From positions 18,413,360 to 18,477,359 of the forward strand of contig NC_043019.1 in NCBI RefSeq assembly GCF_006345805.1: 64,000 bases of DNA, given 5' to 3'. The notes beneath the pieces were generated by a model, which was not told where the DNA came from, made no database searches, and saw nothing but the letters and a program-made list of their open reading frames with translations. This stretch comes from Octopus sinensis. Its lineage: Eukaryota. Below, in pieces: positions 63,368-64,000 of the stretch; the stretch's first letter is position 1, and every line of letters begins with the position of its first letter. Position numbers and translations under genes: made by a program.

Positions 63368-63583
63368 ATGGCTTTAACAAGCCTTTGGAGATTCCAAAAT
63401 AATTGTAGTTTTCCCCCACGGAGGGGGGAACACCAACGCGAAGTCCTCGCGCGAAGGCTGACTTCTTCAGTTAAATAACAGTAAACAAACAGGTATACAG
63501 ACAATATAGAAAAACAGAGATAATACTATGAGAGCAAAATATATAACTTACTAACAGACGCAAAAATTGATTTCAGACATGTG

Positions 63584-64000
63584 ATTTTATTACTACCCAC
63601 AAGGGGCGAACATAGATGGGACAATACAATCGGGGAACTTAAAATAAGAAAGCGAATGACAAGAAAAGGAAAAAATAAAAATAAAAATGACATATGAAAG
63701 AATATTTACAATGAGGTGTAAATGTCCACTCGATCCCCGGAATCAAGAGGTTACATTTTCGTCACATATATTTCACAAAATTTTCTTTTTTCTCTTTTTT
63801 TTTTTTTTTCCTCTCACAATTCTATACATATTCTATAATTGTTTCCACTTCTCTGAAGTCTATTACTGAGCCCTCAGGCAGCCGCTCTTTCACTCGAACC
63901 TTTGTGTAAAATATTACACTCTCTCCGGCAGCTCTGAGGAACTCAGCGGCTCTTTCTTCGGGGATTAGAGCAGTCTCCTGCCACCGGTCGGTCATCCTGT
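63584..64000 (-). mobile_element. 3' end of a second element sharing the Tx1 terminal ~46 bp, with an unrelated ORF end
   Basis: Tail identical to 58336-58382 except one substitution and one extra base; 58 open codons 63998-63822 run off the window. Confidence 0.55.

Larger units (their letters stand above)
58336..63577 (-). mobile_element. Apparently full-length L1/Tx1-type non-LTR retrotransposon, 5242 bp
   Basis: Two uninterrupted ORFs 9 nt apart; flanked by CACATG (minus sense) at 63583-63578 and 58335-58330. Confidence 0.9.

Noticed and set aside
63430-63475. CUGAAGA plus a GAAGUC/GACUUC hairpin in the Tx1 5' UTR as a ribozyme
   Set aside because: The hairpin is real but there is no GAAA core, and I could not build an HDV-like pseudoknot.

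Overview
AT-rich animal genomic DNA. The SINE, RTE and microsatellite content looks like an octopod cephalopod; this is an inference, not verified. Two host genes are recognisable, and both are poorly represented in the ORF track. (1) A minus-strand GPX4/PHGPx-type selenoprotein gene: exons 5147-5214, 2876-3023 (in-frame UGA at the catalytic position) and 2257-2402, plus three phase-0 candidate first exons at 42912-43067 (signal peptide), 35301-35333 and 9770-9820. Its 3' exons lie left of the window. (2) A plus-strand Treslin/TICRR N-terminal exon (48998-49744) ending in a GC donor. The rest is mostly mobile DNA: six RTE-clade LINE copies with a PHD-like finger and minisatellite 3' UTRs, a BovB-like and a CR1 fragment, Helitrons (including a head-to-tail dimer), Merlin and mariner-type remnants, many SINEs, and a 4.9-kb (TA/TACA) array. 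It also holds an apparently intact 5.2-kb L1/Tx1-type LINE stacked directly behind a second element with the same 3' tail, a tail also shared with a SINE. The most unusual signal is a set of Penelope-type mini-elements built as inverted repeat plus hammerhead ribozyme, one with a core flanked by two identical GUC cleavage contexts 93 nt apart.
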